DNA from: the human T2T-CHM13v2.0 reference genome, Homo sapiens
Reading direction: 5' to 3'
Length of the DNA: 64,000 nucleotides
NCBI GenBank assembly: GCA_009914755.4
Contig: CP068257.2
Location: 6,784,001 to 6,848,000 of the forward strand
The notes beneath the pieces are model-generated. The model did not search any database. It saw only the letters and a program-made list of their open reading frames with translations, and was not told where the DNA came from. Of the stretch, positions 29,201 through 44,700 are shown one piece after another. The translations under genes and the position numbers were made by a program. The stretch's first letter is position 1. Each line of letters opens with the position of its first letter.

Positions 29201-32200
29201 ATGGAATGGAATAGAATGGTATGGAATCAACCCGAGTGGAATGGTAAAGAATGCAATGTAATGGAACGGAATAGAATGGAATAAAATGGATTGGAATGGA
29301 ATGGAAACAACCCGAGTTGAATGGCATGGAATGGAATGGAATAGAATGGAATGGAATGGAGTAACCGGAGAGGAATGGAATGGAATGCAGTGTAATGGAA
29401 TGGAATAGAATGGAATGGAATGAAATGGAATGGAATAGAATGAAATGGAAAGGAATGGAATAGAAACAACCCGAGTGGAATGGAAAGGAATGGAATCCAC
29501 CCGAGTGGAATGGAATGCAATGGAATGGAACTGAATATAATGGAATTGAAAGGAATCATCCCGAGTGGAATGGAATGGTATCTAATGCAATGGAGTGGAA
29601 TGGAACAGAACGGAATGGAATGGAAAGAATAGATTGAATCCAAGTGGAATTGAATGGAATGAAATGGATTGGAAAGGAATGGAATGGATTGGTATGGAAA
29701 GGAATGGATTTAACCCGAGTGGAATGTAATGGATTGGAATGGAGTGGAATGGAATGGAATGGAATCAACACGAATGGAATGGAACGGAATGGAACGGAAT
29801 GGAATGGAATGGTATGGAATGAAATAGAAAGGAACGGAATAGAATCAACCCAAGTGGAATGGAATTGAATGGAATGGAAGGGAATCAACACGAGTGGAAT
29901 TGAATGGAAAGGAATGCAATGGAATGGAATGGAATGGAATGGAATGGAATGGAATCAACCCGAGTGGAATGGAATGGAATGGAATGCAATAGAATGGAAT
30001 GGAATGGAATGGAATGGAATGGAATGGAATGGAATGGAATGGAATTCAATGGAATCAAACCGAGTGGAATGGAATGCTATGGAATGCAATGGAATGGAGT
30101 GGAACAGAACGGAATGGAATTGAATGGAATTGACTGAATCCGAGTGGAATTGAACGGAAGGGAATGCATTGGAATGGAATGGAAAGGATTCAACCCGAGT
30201 GGAATGAAATGGAATGGAGTGGAGTGGAAAGGAATGGTATGGATTGGAATGGAATGGAATGGAATCAACACAAAGGGAATGGAATGGAATGGAATAGAAT
30301 GGAAAGGAATGGAATGGAATGGTATGGAATGCAATGTAATGGAATGGAATGGAATGAAATGGAATAAACCCGAATGTAATGGAATGGAATGGAATGGAAC
30401 GGATTGGAATGGAATGGAATGGAATGGAATGGAATGGAATGGAATGGAGTGGAATGGAATGGAAATCAGTCAAACCGAGTGGAATGTAATGGAATGGAAT
30501 GGAATGGAATGGAAAGAGTGCAAAGCAATGCTATCAAAGGGAATGAAATGCATTGGAATGGAATGGAATGGAATCACCCTGAGTGGAAAGGAATGCAGTG
30601 GAATGGAATGGAAAGGATGGAATGGAAAGGAAACTAATGGAACGGAATGGAAACAACCCGAGTGGCATGGAATGCATTGGAATGGAATGGAATGGAATGG
30701 AATGGAATGGAATACAACAAAATGGAAACAACACGAGTGAAATGGCATGGAATGGAAATGACTTGAATATAATGGAATGGATTGGAATCAACCCGATTAG
30801 AAACTAATGGAATGGAATGGAATGGAATGGAACGGAATGGAATCTACACATGTGGAATGGAAAGTAATGGAATTAAATGGATTGGAATGGAATGTAATGG
30901 AATGGAACGGAATGGAATGGAATGGAATGGAATCTACCCGAGTGGAATGGAATGGAATGGAATTTCATGGAATGAAATGGAATAGAATGGTATGGAATCA
31001 ACCCGAGTGGAATGGTAAAGAATGCAATGTAATGGAACGGAATGGAATGGAATAAAATGGAATGGAATGGAATGGAAACAACCCGAGTTGAATGGAATGG
31101 AATGGAATGGAATGGAATAACCGGAGAAAAATGGAATGGAATGCAGTGTAATGGAATGGAATAGAATGGAATGGAATGGAAAGGAATGGAATAGAATGAA
31201 ATGGAAAGGAATGGAATAGAAACAACCCGAGTGGAATGGAATGGAATGGATTCCACCCGAGTGGAATGGAATGGAATGGAATGGAAAGGAATACAATGGA
31301 ATGGAATGGAACCGTCCCGAGTGGAATGGAATGGTATGGAATGCAATAGAATGTAATGGAACAGAACGGAATGAAATGGAATGGAATAGATTGAATGCGA
31401 GTGGAATTGAATGGAACGGAATGGATTGGAATGGAATGGAATGGATTGGAGTGGAATGGAATGGAATCAACACGAATGGAACGGAATGGAATGGCATGGA
31501 TTGGAAAGGAACGGAATGGAATCAACCCAAGTGGAATGGAATGGAATGGAATCCACCCGATTGGAATGAAATGGAATGGAATGGAATGGAATGTATTGGA
31601 ATCAACTCGAGTGGAATGGAATGGAATGGAATGGAATGGAATGGAATGGAATGGAATGGAACAGAATCGAATCCAATGGAATCAACTGGAATGGAATGGA
31701 ATGGAATGGAATAAATCCGGGTGGAATGGAATGGAATGTAATGGAGTGCACTGGAATTGAATGGAGTGGAATGGAATGGAATGGAATGGAAAGGAATGGA
31801 ATCAACCCGTATGGAATGGAACGGAATGGAATGGAAAGGAAGGGAATGGAATGGAATGGAACAGAATAGAATGGAATCAGCCCGAATGGGATGGAATGGA
31901 ATGGAATGGAATAGAATGGAATGGAATGGAATGGAATGGAATGGAATGGAATGGAATGGAATTCTATGGAATCAACCGTAGTGTAATGTAAATGAATGGA
32001 ATATAATGGAATGGAATGGAAGGGAATGGAATCAACCCAAGTGCATTGGAATGGAATGGAATGCAACGGAATCAACCCGAGAGTAATGGAATGGAAAGGA
32101 ATGGAATGGAATGGAAAGAAATGGAATGGAATCAACCCGACAGGAATGGAATGGAATGGTATGGAATCAAACCGAGTGGAATGGAATGGAATGGAATGGA

Positions 32201-35200
32201 ATGGAATGGAATGGAATGGAATGGAATGGAATGGAATGGAATTTAATGGAGTGCTATGGAATCAACCCGAGTGGAATGGAATGGAATGGAATGGAATGGA
32301 ATGGAATGGAATGGAATGGGATGGAATGGAATGCAATGGAATGGAATGGAATGGAATGGAATGGAATGGAATGAACCCGAATGGAATGGAATGGAATGGA
32401 ATTGAATGGATTGCAATGGAATGGAATTGATTCAACCCGAGTGGAATGGAATGGAATCGAGTGGAGTTGAATGGAATGGAGTGGAATGGAATGGAATGGA
32501 ATGGAATGAAATAAACCCGAATGGAATGGAATGGAATGGAATGGAATGGAATGGAATGGAATGGAAAGGAATCAACCCGAGTGGAGTGGAATGGAATGGA
32601 ATTTCATGAAATGGAATGGAATGGAATGGTATGGAATAAACACGACTGGAATGGTATGGAATGGAACGGAATGGAATGGAATAAAATGGAATGGAATGGA
32701 ATGGAATCAACTCGAGTGAAATGGAATGGAATGAAATGGAATGGAAAGGAATGTAATCAACCGGAGTGGAGTGGAATGGAATGGAGTAGAATGGAATGGA
32801 ATGGAATGGAATGGAATGGAATGGAATGGAATGGAATGCAATGGAACACAACAAAATGGAAAAAACCCGAGTGGAATGGCATGGAATGGAAAGGACTTGA
32901 ATATAATGGAATGGATTGGTATCATCCCGATTAGAAATTAATGGAATGGAATGGAATGGAAAGGAATGGAATGGAATGGAACCTACACAAGTGGAATGGA
33001 ATGAAATGGAAATAAATGGAATGGAATAGAATGGAAAGGAATGGAACGGAATGGAATGGAATGGAATGGAATCTACACGAGTGGAATGGAATGGAATGGA
33101 ATTTAATGGAATGGAATGGAATAGAATGGTATGGAATCAACCCGAGTGGAATGGTAAAGAATGCAATGTAATGGAACGGAATGGAATGGAATAAAATGGA
33201 ATGGAATGGAATGGAAACAACCCGAGTTGAATGGAATGGAATGGAATAACCGGAGAGGAATGGAATGGAATGCAGGGTAATGGAATGGAATAGAATGGAA
33301 TGGAATGGAATGGAATAGAATGAAATGGAAAGGAATGGAATAGAAACAACCCGAGTGGAATGGAATGGAATGGAATCCACCCGAGTGGAATGGAATGCAA
33401 TGGAATTGAACGGAATATAATGGAATTGAATAGAATCATCCTGAGTGGAATGGAATGGTATCTAATGCAATGGAGTGGAATGGAACAGAACTGAATGGGA
33501 TGGAAAGAATAGATTGAATCCAAGTGGAATTGAATGGAATGAAATGGATTCGAAAGGAATGGAATGGATTGGAATGGATTGGAATGGAAAGGAATGGATT
33601 CAACCCGAGTGGAATGTAATGGATTGGAATGGAGTGGAATGGAATGGAATGGAATCAACACGAATGGAATGGAACGGAATGGAATGGAATGGTATGGAAT
33701 GAAATAGAAAGGAACGGAATAGAATCAACCAAAGTGGAATGGAATGGAATGGAATGGAAGGGAATCAACACGAGTGGAATTGAATGGAAAGGAATGCAAT
33801 GGAATGGAATGGAATGGAATGGAATGGAATGGAATGGAATTCAATGGAATCAACCCGAGTGGAATGGAATGCTATGGAATGCAATGGAATGGAGTGGAAC
33901 AGAACGGAATGGAATTGCATGGAATTGATTGAATCCGAGTGGAATTGAACGGAAGGGAATGCATTGGAATGGAATGGAAAGGATTCAACCCGAGTGGAAT
34001 GTAATGGAATGGAGTGGAGTGGAATGGAATGGTATGGATTGGAATGGAATGGAATGGAATGGAATCAACACAAAGGGAATGGAATGGAATGGAATAGAAT
34101 GGAAAGGAATGGAATGGAATGGTATGGAATGTAATGTAATGGAATGGAATGGAATGAAATGGAATCAACCGGAATGGAATGGAATGGAATGGAATGGAAA
34201 TGAATCAAACCGAGTGGAATGGAATGGAATGGAATGGAAACAATGCCATGCAATGGTATCAACGGGAATGGAATGCATTGGAATGGAATGGAATGGAATC
34301 ACCCTGAGTGGATAGGAAAGGAATGGAAGGGAATGGAAAGGAATGGAATGGAATGGAAACTAATGGAAGGGAATGGAAACAACCCGAGTGGAATGGAATG
34401 GAATGGAATGGAATGGAATGGAATGGAATGGAATGGAATACAACAAAATGGAAACAACCCGAGTGGAATGGCATGGAATGGAAAGGACCTGAATATAATG
34501 GAATGGATTGGAATCAACCCGATTAGAAACTAATGGAATGGAATGGAATGGAATGGAATGGAATGGAATGGAATGGAATGGATTGGAATTTACCCGAATG
34601 GAATGGAATGTAATGAAATTAAATGGAATGGAAAGGAATGGAAAGGAATGGAATGGAATCTACACGAGTGGAATGGAATTGAATTGAATTTAATGGAATT
34701 GAACGGAATACAATGATATGGAATCAACCCGTGTGGAATGGTATAGAATGTAATGTAATGGAATGGAATGGAATAAAATGGAATGGACTGGAATGGAAAC
34801 AAAACGAGTGGAACGGAATGGAATAACCTGAGAGGAATGGAATGGAATGGAGTGGAATGGAATGGAATAGAATGGAATGGAATGGAATGGAATAGAATGA
34901 AATTGAAAGGAATGGAATGGAAACAACCCGTGTGGAATGGAATGGAAAGGAATCAACCTGAAGGGTATGGAATGGAATGGAATGGAATGGAATGGAATGG
35001 AATGGAATGGAATCAACCAGAGTGGAATGCAATGGAATGAAATGGAATTGAAATGAATGGAATGGAACGGAATGGAACGGAACGGAATTGAATCGAATGG
35101 AATCAACCCAAATTGAAAGGAATGGAATGGAATGGACTGGAATGGAATGGAATGGAATGGAATGGATTGGAATGGATTCAACACAAATGGAATGGAATGG

Positions 35201-38200
35201 AACGGAATGGAATAGAATGGAAAGGAGTGGAATGCAATTGAATGGAATGAAATGGAATAAACCCGAATGGAATGGAATGGAATGGAATGGAATGGAATTG
35301 AGTGGAATGGAATAAACACCAGTGGAATGAAATGGAATGGAATGGAATGGAATGAAATCAACACGAGTAGAACGGAACGGAATGGAATGGAATGGAAAGG
35401 AATGGAATCAACTGGAATGGAATGAAATGGAATGGAATGGAGTGGAATGTAATGGAATGCAATGGAATCAACAAGAGTGAAATGCAAAGGAATGGAATGG
35501 AATGGAATGGAATGGAATGGAATGGAATACAACAAAATGGAAAGAACTCGAGTGGAATGGCAAGGAATGGAAAGGACTTGAATAAAATGGAATGGATTGG
35601 AATCAACCCGATTAGAAACTAGTGGAAAGGAATGGAATGGAATGGAATCTGCCCGAGTGGAATGGAATGGAATGGAATTGAATGGAATGGAATGGAGTGG
35701 AATAGAATAGAATGGAATGGAATGGAACGGAATGGAAGGGAATTGAATGGAATAGAATGGAATCGAATCTACCCGAGTGGAATGGAATGGAAAGGAATTT
35801 AATGGAATGGAAAGGAATGGAATGGAATGGAATGGAATGGAATGGAATGGAATGGAATGGAATAAACACCAGTGGAATGAAATGGAATGGAATGGAATGG
35901 AATGCAATGGAATGGAATGGAATGGAGTGGAATGGAATAAACACCAGTGGAATGAAATGGAATGGAATGGAATGGAATGCAATGGAATGGAATGGAATGG
36001 AATGGAATGGAATGGAATGGAATGGAAACTACTGGAATGGAATGGAAACAACCCGAGTGGAATGGAATGCAATGGAATGGAATGGAATGGAATGACACGG
36101 AATGGAATGGAATGGACTGGAATGGAATTTAAAGGAATGGAATGGAATCAACCCGACTGGAATGGAATGGAATGTAAAGCAGTGAATGGAATGTAATGGA
36201 ATGAAATGGAATGGAATGGAATGGTATGCAATGCAGTGGAATGGATTTGAATGGAATGGAACGGAACGGAACGGAATGGAATGGAATGGAATGGAATGGA
36301 ATGGACACCAATGGAATGGAATGGAATGGAATGGAATTGAATGGAATGGAATGGAATGGATTGGAATGGATGGGAATGGAATGGAACGGAATTAACCGGA
36401 GTGGAATGCAATGGAATGGAATGGAGTGGAATGGAATCAACCCGAGTGGAATGGAATGGAATGGAATGGAATGGAATGGAATGGAATGGAATGGAATCAA
36501 CACGAATGGACTGGAACGGAATGGAATGGAATGGAATGGAATGGAATGGAATGGAATGGAATGGAATGGAATAGTATGGTATGGAATGAAATGGAAAGGA
36601 ACAGAATGGAATCAACCCAAGTGGAGTGGAATAGAATGGAATGGAAGGGAATCAATACGAGTCAAATGGAATGGAGTGGAATGCAATGGAATGGAATGGA
36701 ATGAAATGAAATGGAATGTAATGGAATGGAATGGAATTCAAGGGAATCAATCCGAGTGGAATGGAATGGTATGGAATGCAATGGAATGGAGTGGAACAGA
36801 ACGGAATGGAATGGAATGGAATTGATTGAATCCGAATGGAATTGAATGGAAGGGAATGCATTGGAATGGAATAGAAAGGATTCAACCCGAGTGGAAAGTA
36901 ATGGATTGGAATGGAATGGAAAGGAATAGAATGGAATCAACACAAATGGAATGGAATGGAATGGAATGGAAAGGAATGGATTGCAATGGAATGGAATGGA
37001 ATGGAATGGAATGGAATGCAATGCAATGGAATGGAATGGAATGCAATGCAATGGAATGGAATGGAATAAACCCGAATGGAATGGAATGGAATGGAATGCA
37101 ATGCCATGGAATGGAATGGAATGGAGTGGAATGGAATAAACAGAAGTGGAATGAATTGGAATGGAATGAAATGGAATGGAATGGAATGGAATGGACTGGA
37201 ATGAAATAAACCCGAGTAGAATGGAACGGAATGGATTGGAATGGAAAGGAATTGAATAAACTGGAATGGAATGAAATGGAATGGAAGGGAGTGGAATGGA
37301 ATGGAATACAATGGAATCAACACGAGTGGAATGCAATGCAACGGAAGGGAAAGGAATGGAATGGAACGGAACCAACCCGAGTGGAGTGGAATAAAGTGGA
37401 ATGGAATGGAGTATGATCAACCTGAGTGGAACGGAATGCAATGGAATGGAATGGAATGGAATGGTTTCAACCAGAGTGGAATGGAATGGAATGGAATGGA
37501 ACGGAATGGAATGCAATGGATGTAACTGGAATGGAATGGAATGGAATGGAATGGAATGGAATGGAATGGAATGGAACGGAATCAACATGAGTCAAATGGA
37601 ATGGAATGGAATGGAATGGAATGGAGTCAACACGAATGGACTGGAACGTAATGGAATGGAATGGAATGGAATGGTATGGTTTGGAATGAAATGGAAAGGA
37701 ACGGAATGGAATCAACCCAAGTGGAGTGGAATAGAATGGAATGGAAGGGAATGAAGACGAGTCAAATGGAATGGAATGGAATGCAATGGAAAGGAAAGGA
37801 ATGCAATGAAATGGAATGGAATGGAATGGAATGGAATGCAATGGAATGGAATGGAATTCAGTGAAATGGAATGGAATAGAATGGAATGGAATAGAATGGA
37901 ATCTACTGTAATGGAATGGAAACAACCAGAGTGGAATGGAATGGAATGGAATGGAATGGAATGGAATGGAATGGAATGGAAAGGAACGGAATGTAAAGGA
38001 ATGGAATGGAATCAACCCGACTGGAATGGAATGGAATGGAAAGGAATGAATGGAATGAATGGAATGGAATGGAATGGAATGGAATGGAATGGAATTGTAT
38101 GGAATACAATGATATGGAATTGAATGGAATGGAACGGAATGGAACGGAATGGAATGGAATGGACCCCAATGGAATGGAATGGAATGGAATGGATTGGAAT

Positions 38201-38717
38201 GGAATGGAACGGAATTAACCCGAGTGGAATGGAATGGAATGGAATGGAGTGGAATGGAATGGAATGGAATGGAATGGAATGGAATGGAATGGAAAGGAAT
38301 CAACCCGAGTGGAATGCAATGAAATGGAATGCAATGGAATGGAATGGTATGGAATCAACCCTAGTGAAATGGTATGGAATGGAATGGAATGGAACAGAAT
38401 GGAATGGAATCATCCCGAATGGAATGGAAAGGAATGGAGAGGAATGGTACGGTATGGAATGGAATGGAAAGGAATCAACCCGAAGGTTATGGAATGGAAT
38501 GCAATGGAATGGAATGGGATCAACCCGAGTGGAATGCAATCGAATAAAATGGAATGGAATGAAACGGAAAGGAACGGAATGGAACGGAATTGAAAGGAAT
38601 GGAATCAAACCGAGTGGAAAGGAATGGAATGGAATGAAATGCAATGGTGTGGAATGGAACGGATAGGAATAACATGCAATCGACTTTAGTGGAATGGTAT
38701 GGAATGGAATAATATGC
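23283..38717. repeat. HOR copy 3, long (~15.4 kb) variant, near-identical to copy 2
   Basis: Compared with copy 2 at offset ~15390-15395, many artefact ORF translations are identical (8852..9703=24247..25098; 9414..9857=24809..25252; 9638..10231=25033..25626; 14570..15088=29955..30473). The differences spotted are GGAAT run-length changes. Confidence 0.8.
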
Positions 38718-41700
38718 AATCAACTTTGGTGGAATGGTATGGAATGGAATGGAAAGGAATGGAATGGAATGGAATAAAAGGGCATGGAATGGAATGAAAT
38801 CAACCCGAATGGAATGGAACGGAATGGAGTAGAATGGTATAGAATGGAATGGAATGGAAAGGAATCAACCTGAAGGGTATGGAATGGAATGGAATGGAAT
38901 GGAATTGAATTGAATGGAATGGAATGGAATCAACCAGAGGGGAATGCAATGAAATGAAATGGAATGGAATGGAACGGAAAGCAACGGAACGGAACGGAAT
39001 TGAATGGAATGGAATGAACCCGAGTGGAAAGGAATGGAATGGAATGGAATGGAATGGAATAACATGCAATCAACTTTGGTGGAATGGTATGGAATGGAAT
39101 GGAATGGAATGGAATCGAATGGAATGGAATCAACCCGAGTGGAATGCAATGGAATGAAAAGGAATGGAATGGAACGGAACGGAACGGAACGGAACGGAAT
39201 TGAATGGAATGGAATCAACCCGAGGGGAAAGGAATGGAATGGAATGGAATGGAATGGAATGGAATGGAATGGAATGGAATGGAATAAAAGGGCATGGAAT
39301 GGAATGGAATCATCCCGAGGGGAATGGAATGGAATGGAATGGAATGAAATGGAAATGAATCAAACCGAGTGGAATTTAATGTAATATAATGTAATGGAAT
39401 GGAATGGAAACAATGCAATGCAATGATATCAACTGGAATGGAATGCATTGGAATGGAATGGAATGGAATCACCCTGAGTGGAAAGGAATAGAATGGAATG
39501 GAAAGGAATGTAATGGAATGGAAACTAATGGAACGGAATGGAAACCACCAGAGTGGAATGGAATGCAATGGAATGGAATCGAATGGAATGGAATGGAATG
39601 GAATGGAATGGAATGGAATGGAATACAACAAAATGGAAACAACCCGAGTGGAATGGCATGGAATGAAAAGGATTGAATATAATGGAATGGATTGGAATCA
39701 ACCCGATTAGAAACTAATGGAATGGAATGGAATGGAATGGAATGGAATGGAATGGAATGGAATGGAATCTAACCTAGTGGAATGGAAAGGAATGGAATTT
39801 AAAGAAATGAAATGGAATGGAATGGAACAGAATTGAATGGAATGGAATGGAATGGAATCTACCCGAGTGAAATGGAATGGAATGGAATTTAATGGAATGG
39901 AATGGTATAGAATGTAATGGAATCAACCCCAGTGGAATGGTATAGAATGTAATGTAATGGAATGGAATGGAATAAAATGGAATGGAATGGAAACAACCCG
40001 AGTGGAATGGAATGGAATAACCGGAGAGGAATGGAATGGAATGGAGTGGAATGGAATGGAATAGAATGGAATAGAATGGAATGGAATAGAATGAAATTGA
40101 AAGGAATGGAATGGAAACCACCCGAGTGGAATGGAATGGAATGGAATGGAATGCAATGGAAACATCCCGAGTGGAATGGAAAGGAATGGAATGGAACGGA
40201 ATATAATGGAATGGAATGGAAACATCCCGAGTGGAATGGAATGGTATGGAATGCAATTGAATGGTATGGAACAGAACGGAATGAAATGGAATGCAATAGA
40301 TTGCGAGTGGAATTGAATGGAATGGAATGGATTGGAATGGAATGGAAAGGATTGGAGTGGAATGGAATGGAATCAACAAGAATGGAATGGAAAGGAATGG
40401 AATGGAATGGAATGGAATGGAATGGAATGGAATGGAATGGAATGGAATGGTAAGGAACAGAATGGAAACAACCCGAGTGGAATGGAATGGAATGGACTGT
40501 AATCCACCCGAGTGGAATGGAATGTAATGGAATTGAACGGAATATAATGGAATTGAATGGAATCATCCCGAGTCGAATGGAATGGTATCTAATGCAATGG
40601 AATGGAATGGAATGGAATGGAATGGAATGGAATGGAATGCAATGGAACACAACAAAATGGAAAAAACCCGAGTGGAATGGCATGGAATGGAAAGGACTTG
40701 AATATAATGGAATGGATTGGTATCATCCCGATTAGAAATTAATGGAATGGAATGGAATGGAAAGGAATGGAATGGAATGGAACCTACACAAGTGGAATGG
40801 AATGAAATGGAAATAAATGGAATGGAATAGAATGGAAAGGAATGGAACGGAATGGAATGGAATGGAATGGAATGGAATCTACCCGAGTGGAATGGAATGG
40901 AATGGAATTTAATGGAATGGAATGGAATAGAATGGTATGGAATCAACCCGAGTGGAATGGTAAAGAATGCAATGTAATGGAACGGAATGGAATGGAATAA
41001 AATGGAATGGAATGGAATGGAAACAACCCGAGTTGAATGGAATGGAATGGAATAACCGGAGAGGAATGGAATGGAATGCAGGGTAATGGAATGGAATAGA
41101 ATGGAATGGAATGGAATGGAATAGAATGAAATGGAAAGGAATGGAATAGAAACAACCCGAGTGGAATGGAATGGAATGGAATCCACCCGAGTGGAATGGA
41201 ATGCAATGGAATTGAACGGAATATAATGGAATTGAATAGAATCATCCTGAGTGGAATGGAATGGTATCTAATGCAATGGAGTGGAATGGAACAGAACTGA
41301 ATGGGATGGAAAGAATAGATTGAATCCAAGTGGAATTGAATGGAATGAAATGGATTCGAAAGGAATGGAATGGATTGGAATGGATTGGAATGGAAAGGAA
41401 TGGATTCAACCCGAGTGGAATGTAATGGATTGGAATGGAGTGGAATGGAATGGAATGGAATCAACACGAATGGAATGGAACGGAATGGAATGGAATGGTA
41501 TGGAATGAAATAGAAAGGAACGGAATAGAATCAACCAAAGTGGAATGGAATGGAATGGAATGGAAGGGAATCAACACGAGTGGAATTGAATGGAAAGGAA
41601 TGCAATGGAATGGAATGGAATGGAATGGAATGGAATGGAATGGAATGCAATGGAATTCAATGGAATCAACCCGAGTGGAATGGAATGCTATGGAATGCAA

Positions 41701-44700
41701 TGGAATGGAGTGGAACAGAACGGAATGGAATTGCATGGAATTGATTGAATCCGAGTGGAATTGAACGGAAGGGAATGCATTGGAATGGAAAGGAAAGGAT
41801 TCAACCCGAGTGGAATGTAATGGAATGGAGTGGAGTGGAATGGAATGGTATGGATTGGAATGGAATGGAATGGAATGGAATCAACACAAAGGGAATGGAA
41901 TGGAATGGAATAGAATGGAAAGGAATGGAATGGAATGGTATGGAATGTAATGTAATGGAATGGAATGGAATGAAATGGAATCAACCGGAATGGAATGGAA
42001 TGGAATGGAATGGAATGGAATGGAATGGAATGGAATGGAAATGAATCAAACCGAGTGGAATGGAATGGAATGGAATGGAAACAATGCCATGCAATGGTAT
42101 CAACGGGAATGGAATGCATTGGAATGGAATGGAATGGAATCACCCTGAGTGGATAGGAAAGGAATGGAAGGGAATGGAAAGGAATGGAATGGAATGGAAA
42201 CTAATGGAAGGGAATGGAAACAACCCGAGTGGAATGGAATGGAATGGAATGGAATGGAATGGAATGGAATGGAATACAACAAAATGGAAACAACCCGAGT
42301 GGAATGGCATGGAATGGAAAGGACTTGAATATAATGGAATGGATTGGAATCAACCCGATTAGAAACTAATGGAATGGAATGGAATGGAATGGAATGGAAT
42401 GGAATGGAATGGATTGGAATTTACCCGAATGGAATGGAATGTAATGAAATTAAATGGAATGGAAAGGAATGGAAAGGAATGGAATGGAATCTACACGAGT
42501 GGAATGGAATTGAATTGAATTTAATGGAATTGAACGGAATACAATGATATGGAATCAACCCGTGTGGAATGGTATAGAATGTAATGTAATGGAATGGAAT
42601 GGAATAAAATGGAATGGACTGGAATGGAAACAAAACGAGTGGAACGGAATGGAATAACCTGAGAGGAATGGAATGGAATGGAGTGGCATGGAATGGAATA
42701 GAATGGAATGGAATGGAATGGAATAGAATGAAATTGAAAGGAATGGAATGGAAACAACCCGTGTGGAATGGAATGGAAAGGAATCAACCTGAAGGGTATG
42801 GAATGGAATGGAATGGAATGGAATGGAATGGAATGGAATGGAATCAACCAGAGTGGAATGCAATGGAATGAAATGGAATTGAAATGAATGGAATGGAACG
42901 GAATGGAACGGAACGGAATTGAATCGAATGGAATCAACCCAAATTGAAAGGAATGGAATGGAATGGACTGGAATGGAATGGAATGGAATGGAATGGAATG
43001 GAATGGATTGGAATGGATTCAACACAAATGGAATGGAATGGAACGGAATGGAATAGAATGGAAAGGAGTGGAATGCAATTGAATGGAATGAAATGGAATA
43101 AACCCGAATGGAATGGAATGGAATGGAATGGAATTGAGTGGAATGGAATAAACACCAGTGGAATGAAATGGAATGGAATGGAATGGAATGAAATCAACAC
43201 GAGTAGAACGGAACGGAATGGAATGGAATGGAAAGGAATGGAATCAACTGGAATGGAATGAAATGGAATGGAATGGAGTGGAATGTAATGGAATGCAATG
43301 GAATCAACAAGAGTGAAATGCAAAGGAATGGAATGGAATGGAATAGAATGGAATGGAATGGAATACAACAAAATGGAAAGAACTCGAGTGGAATGGCAAG
43401 GAATGGAAAGGACTTGAATAAAATGGAATGGATTGGAATCAACCCGATTAGAAACTAGTGGAAAGGAATGGAATGGAATGGAATCTGCCCGAGTGGAATG
43501 GAATGGAATGGAATTGAATGGAATGGAATGGAGTGGAATAGAATAGAATGGAATGGAATGGAACGGAATGGAAGGGAATTGAATGGAATAGAATGGAATC
43601 GAATCTACCCGAGTGGAATGGAATGGAAAGGAATTTAATGGAATGGAAAGGAATGGAATGGAATGGAATGGAATGGAATGGAATGGAATGGAATGGAATA
43701 AACACCAGTGGAATGAAATGGAATGGAATGGAATGGAATGCAATGGAATGGAATGGAATGGAGTGGAATGGAATAAACACCAGTGGAATGAAATGGAATG
43801 GAATGGAATGGAATGCAATGGAATGGAATGGAATGGAATGGAATGGAATGGAAACTACTGGAATGGAATGGAAACAACCCGAGTGGAATGGAATGCAATG
43901 GAATGGAATGGAATGGAATGACACGGAATGGAATGGAATGGACTGGAATGGAATTTAAAGGAATGGAATGGAATCAACCCGACTGGAATGGAATGGAATG
44001 TAAAGCAGTGAATGGAATGTAATGGAATGAAATGGAATGGAATGGAATGGTATGCAATGCAGTGGAATGGATTTGAATGGAATGGAATGGAACGGAACGG
44101 AACGGAATGGAATGGAATGGAATGGAATGGAATGGAATGGACACCAATGGAATGGAATGGAATTGAATGGAATGGAATGGAATGGATTGGAATGGATGGG
44201 AATGGAATGGAACGGAATTAACCGGAGTGGAATGCAATGGAATGGAATGGAGTGGAATGGAATCAACCCGAGTGGAATGGAATGGAATGGAATGGAATGG
44301 AATGGAATGGAATGGAATGGAATCAACACGAATGGACTGGAACGAAATGGAATGGAATGGATTGGAATGGAATGGAATGGAATGGAATGGAATGGAATGG
44401 AATGGAATAGTATGGTATGGAATGAAATGGAAAGAAACAGAATGGAATCAACCCAAGTGGAGTGGAATAGAATGGAATGGAAGGGAATCAATACGAGTCA
44501 AATGGAATGGAGTGGAATGCTATGGAATGGAATGGAATGAAATGAAATGGAATGTAATGGAATGGAATGGAATTCAAGGGAATCAATCCGAGTGGAATGG
44601 AATGGTATGGAATGCAATGGAATGGAGTGGAACAGAACGGAATGGAATGGAATGGAATTGATTGAATCCGAATGGAATTGAATGGAAGGGAATGCATTGG

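Noticed and set aside
34690-36072. Longest ORF in the track (460 aa, minus strand) and ~400 other ORFs of 60-344 aa
   Set aside because: All are translations of the pentamer repeat (IPFHS / MEWNG periodicity) and are fully low-complexity. They overlap extensively on both strands and all frames. Their lengths change between otherwise identical HOR copies purely through GGAAT run-length changes. No start, RBS or promoter context. Not genes.
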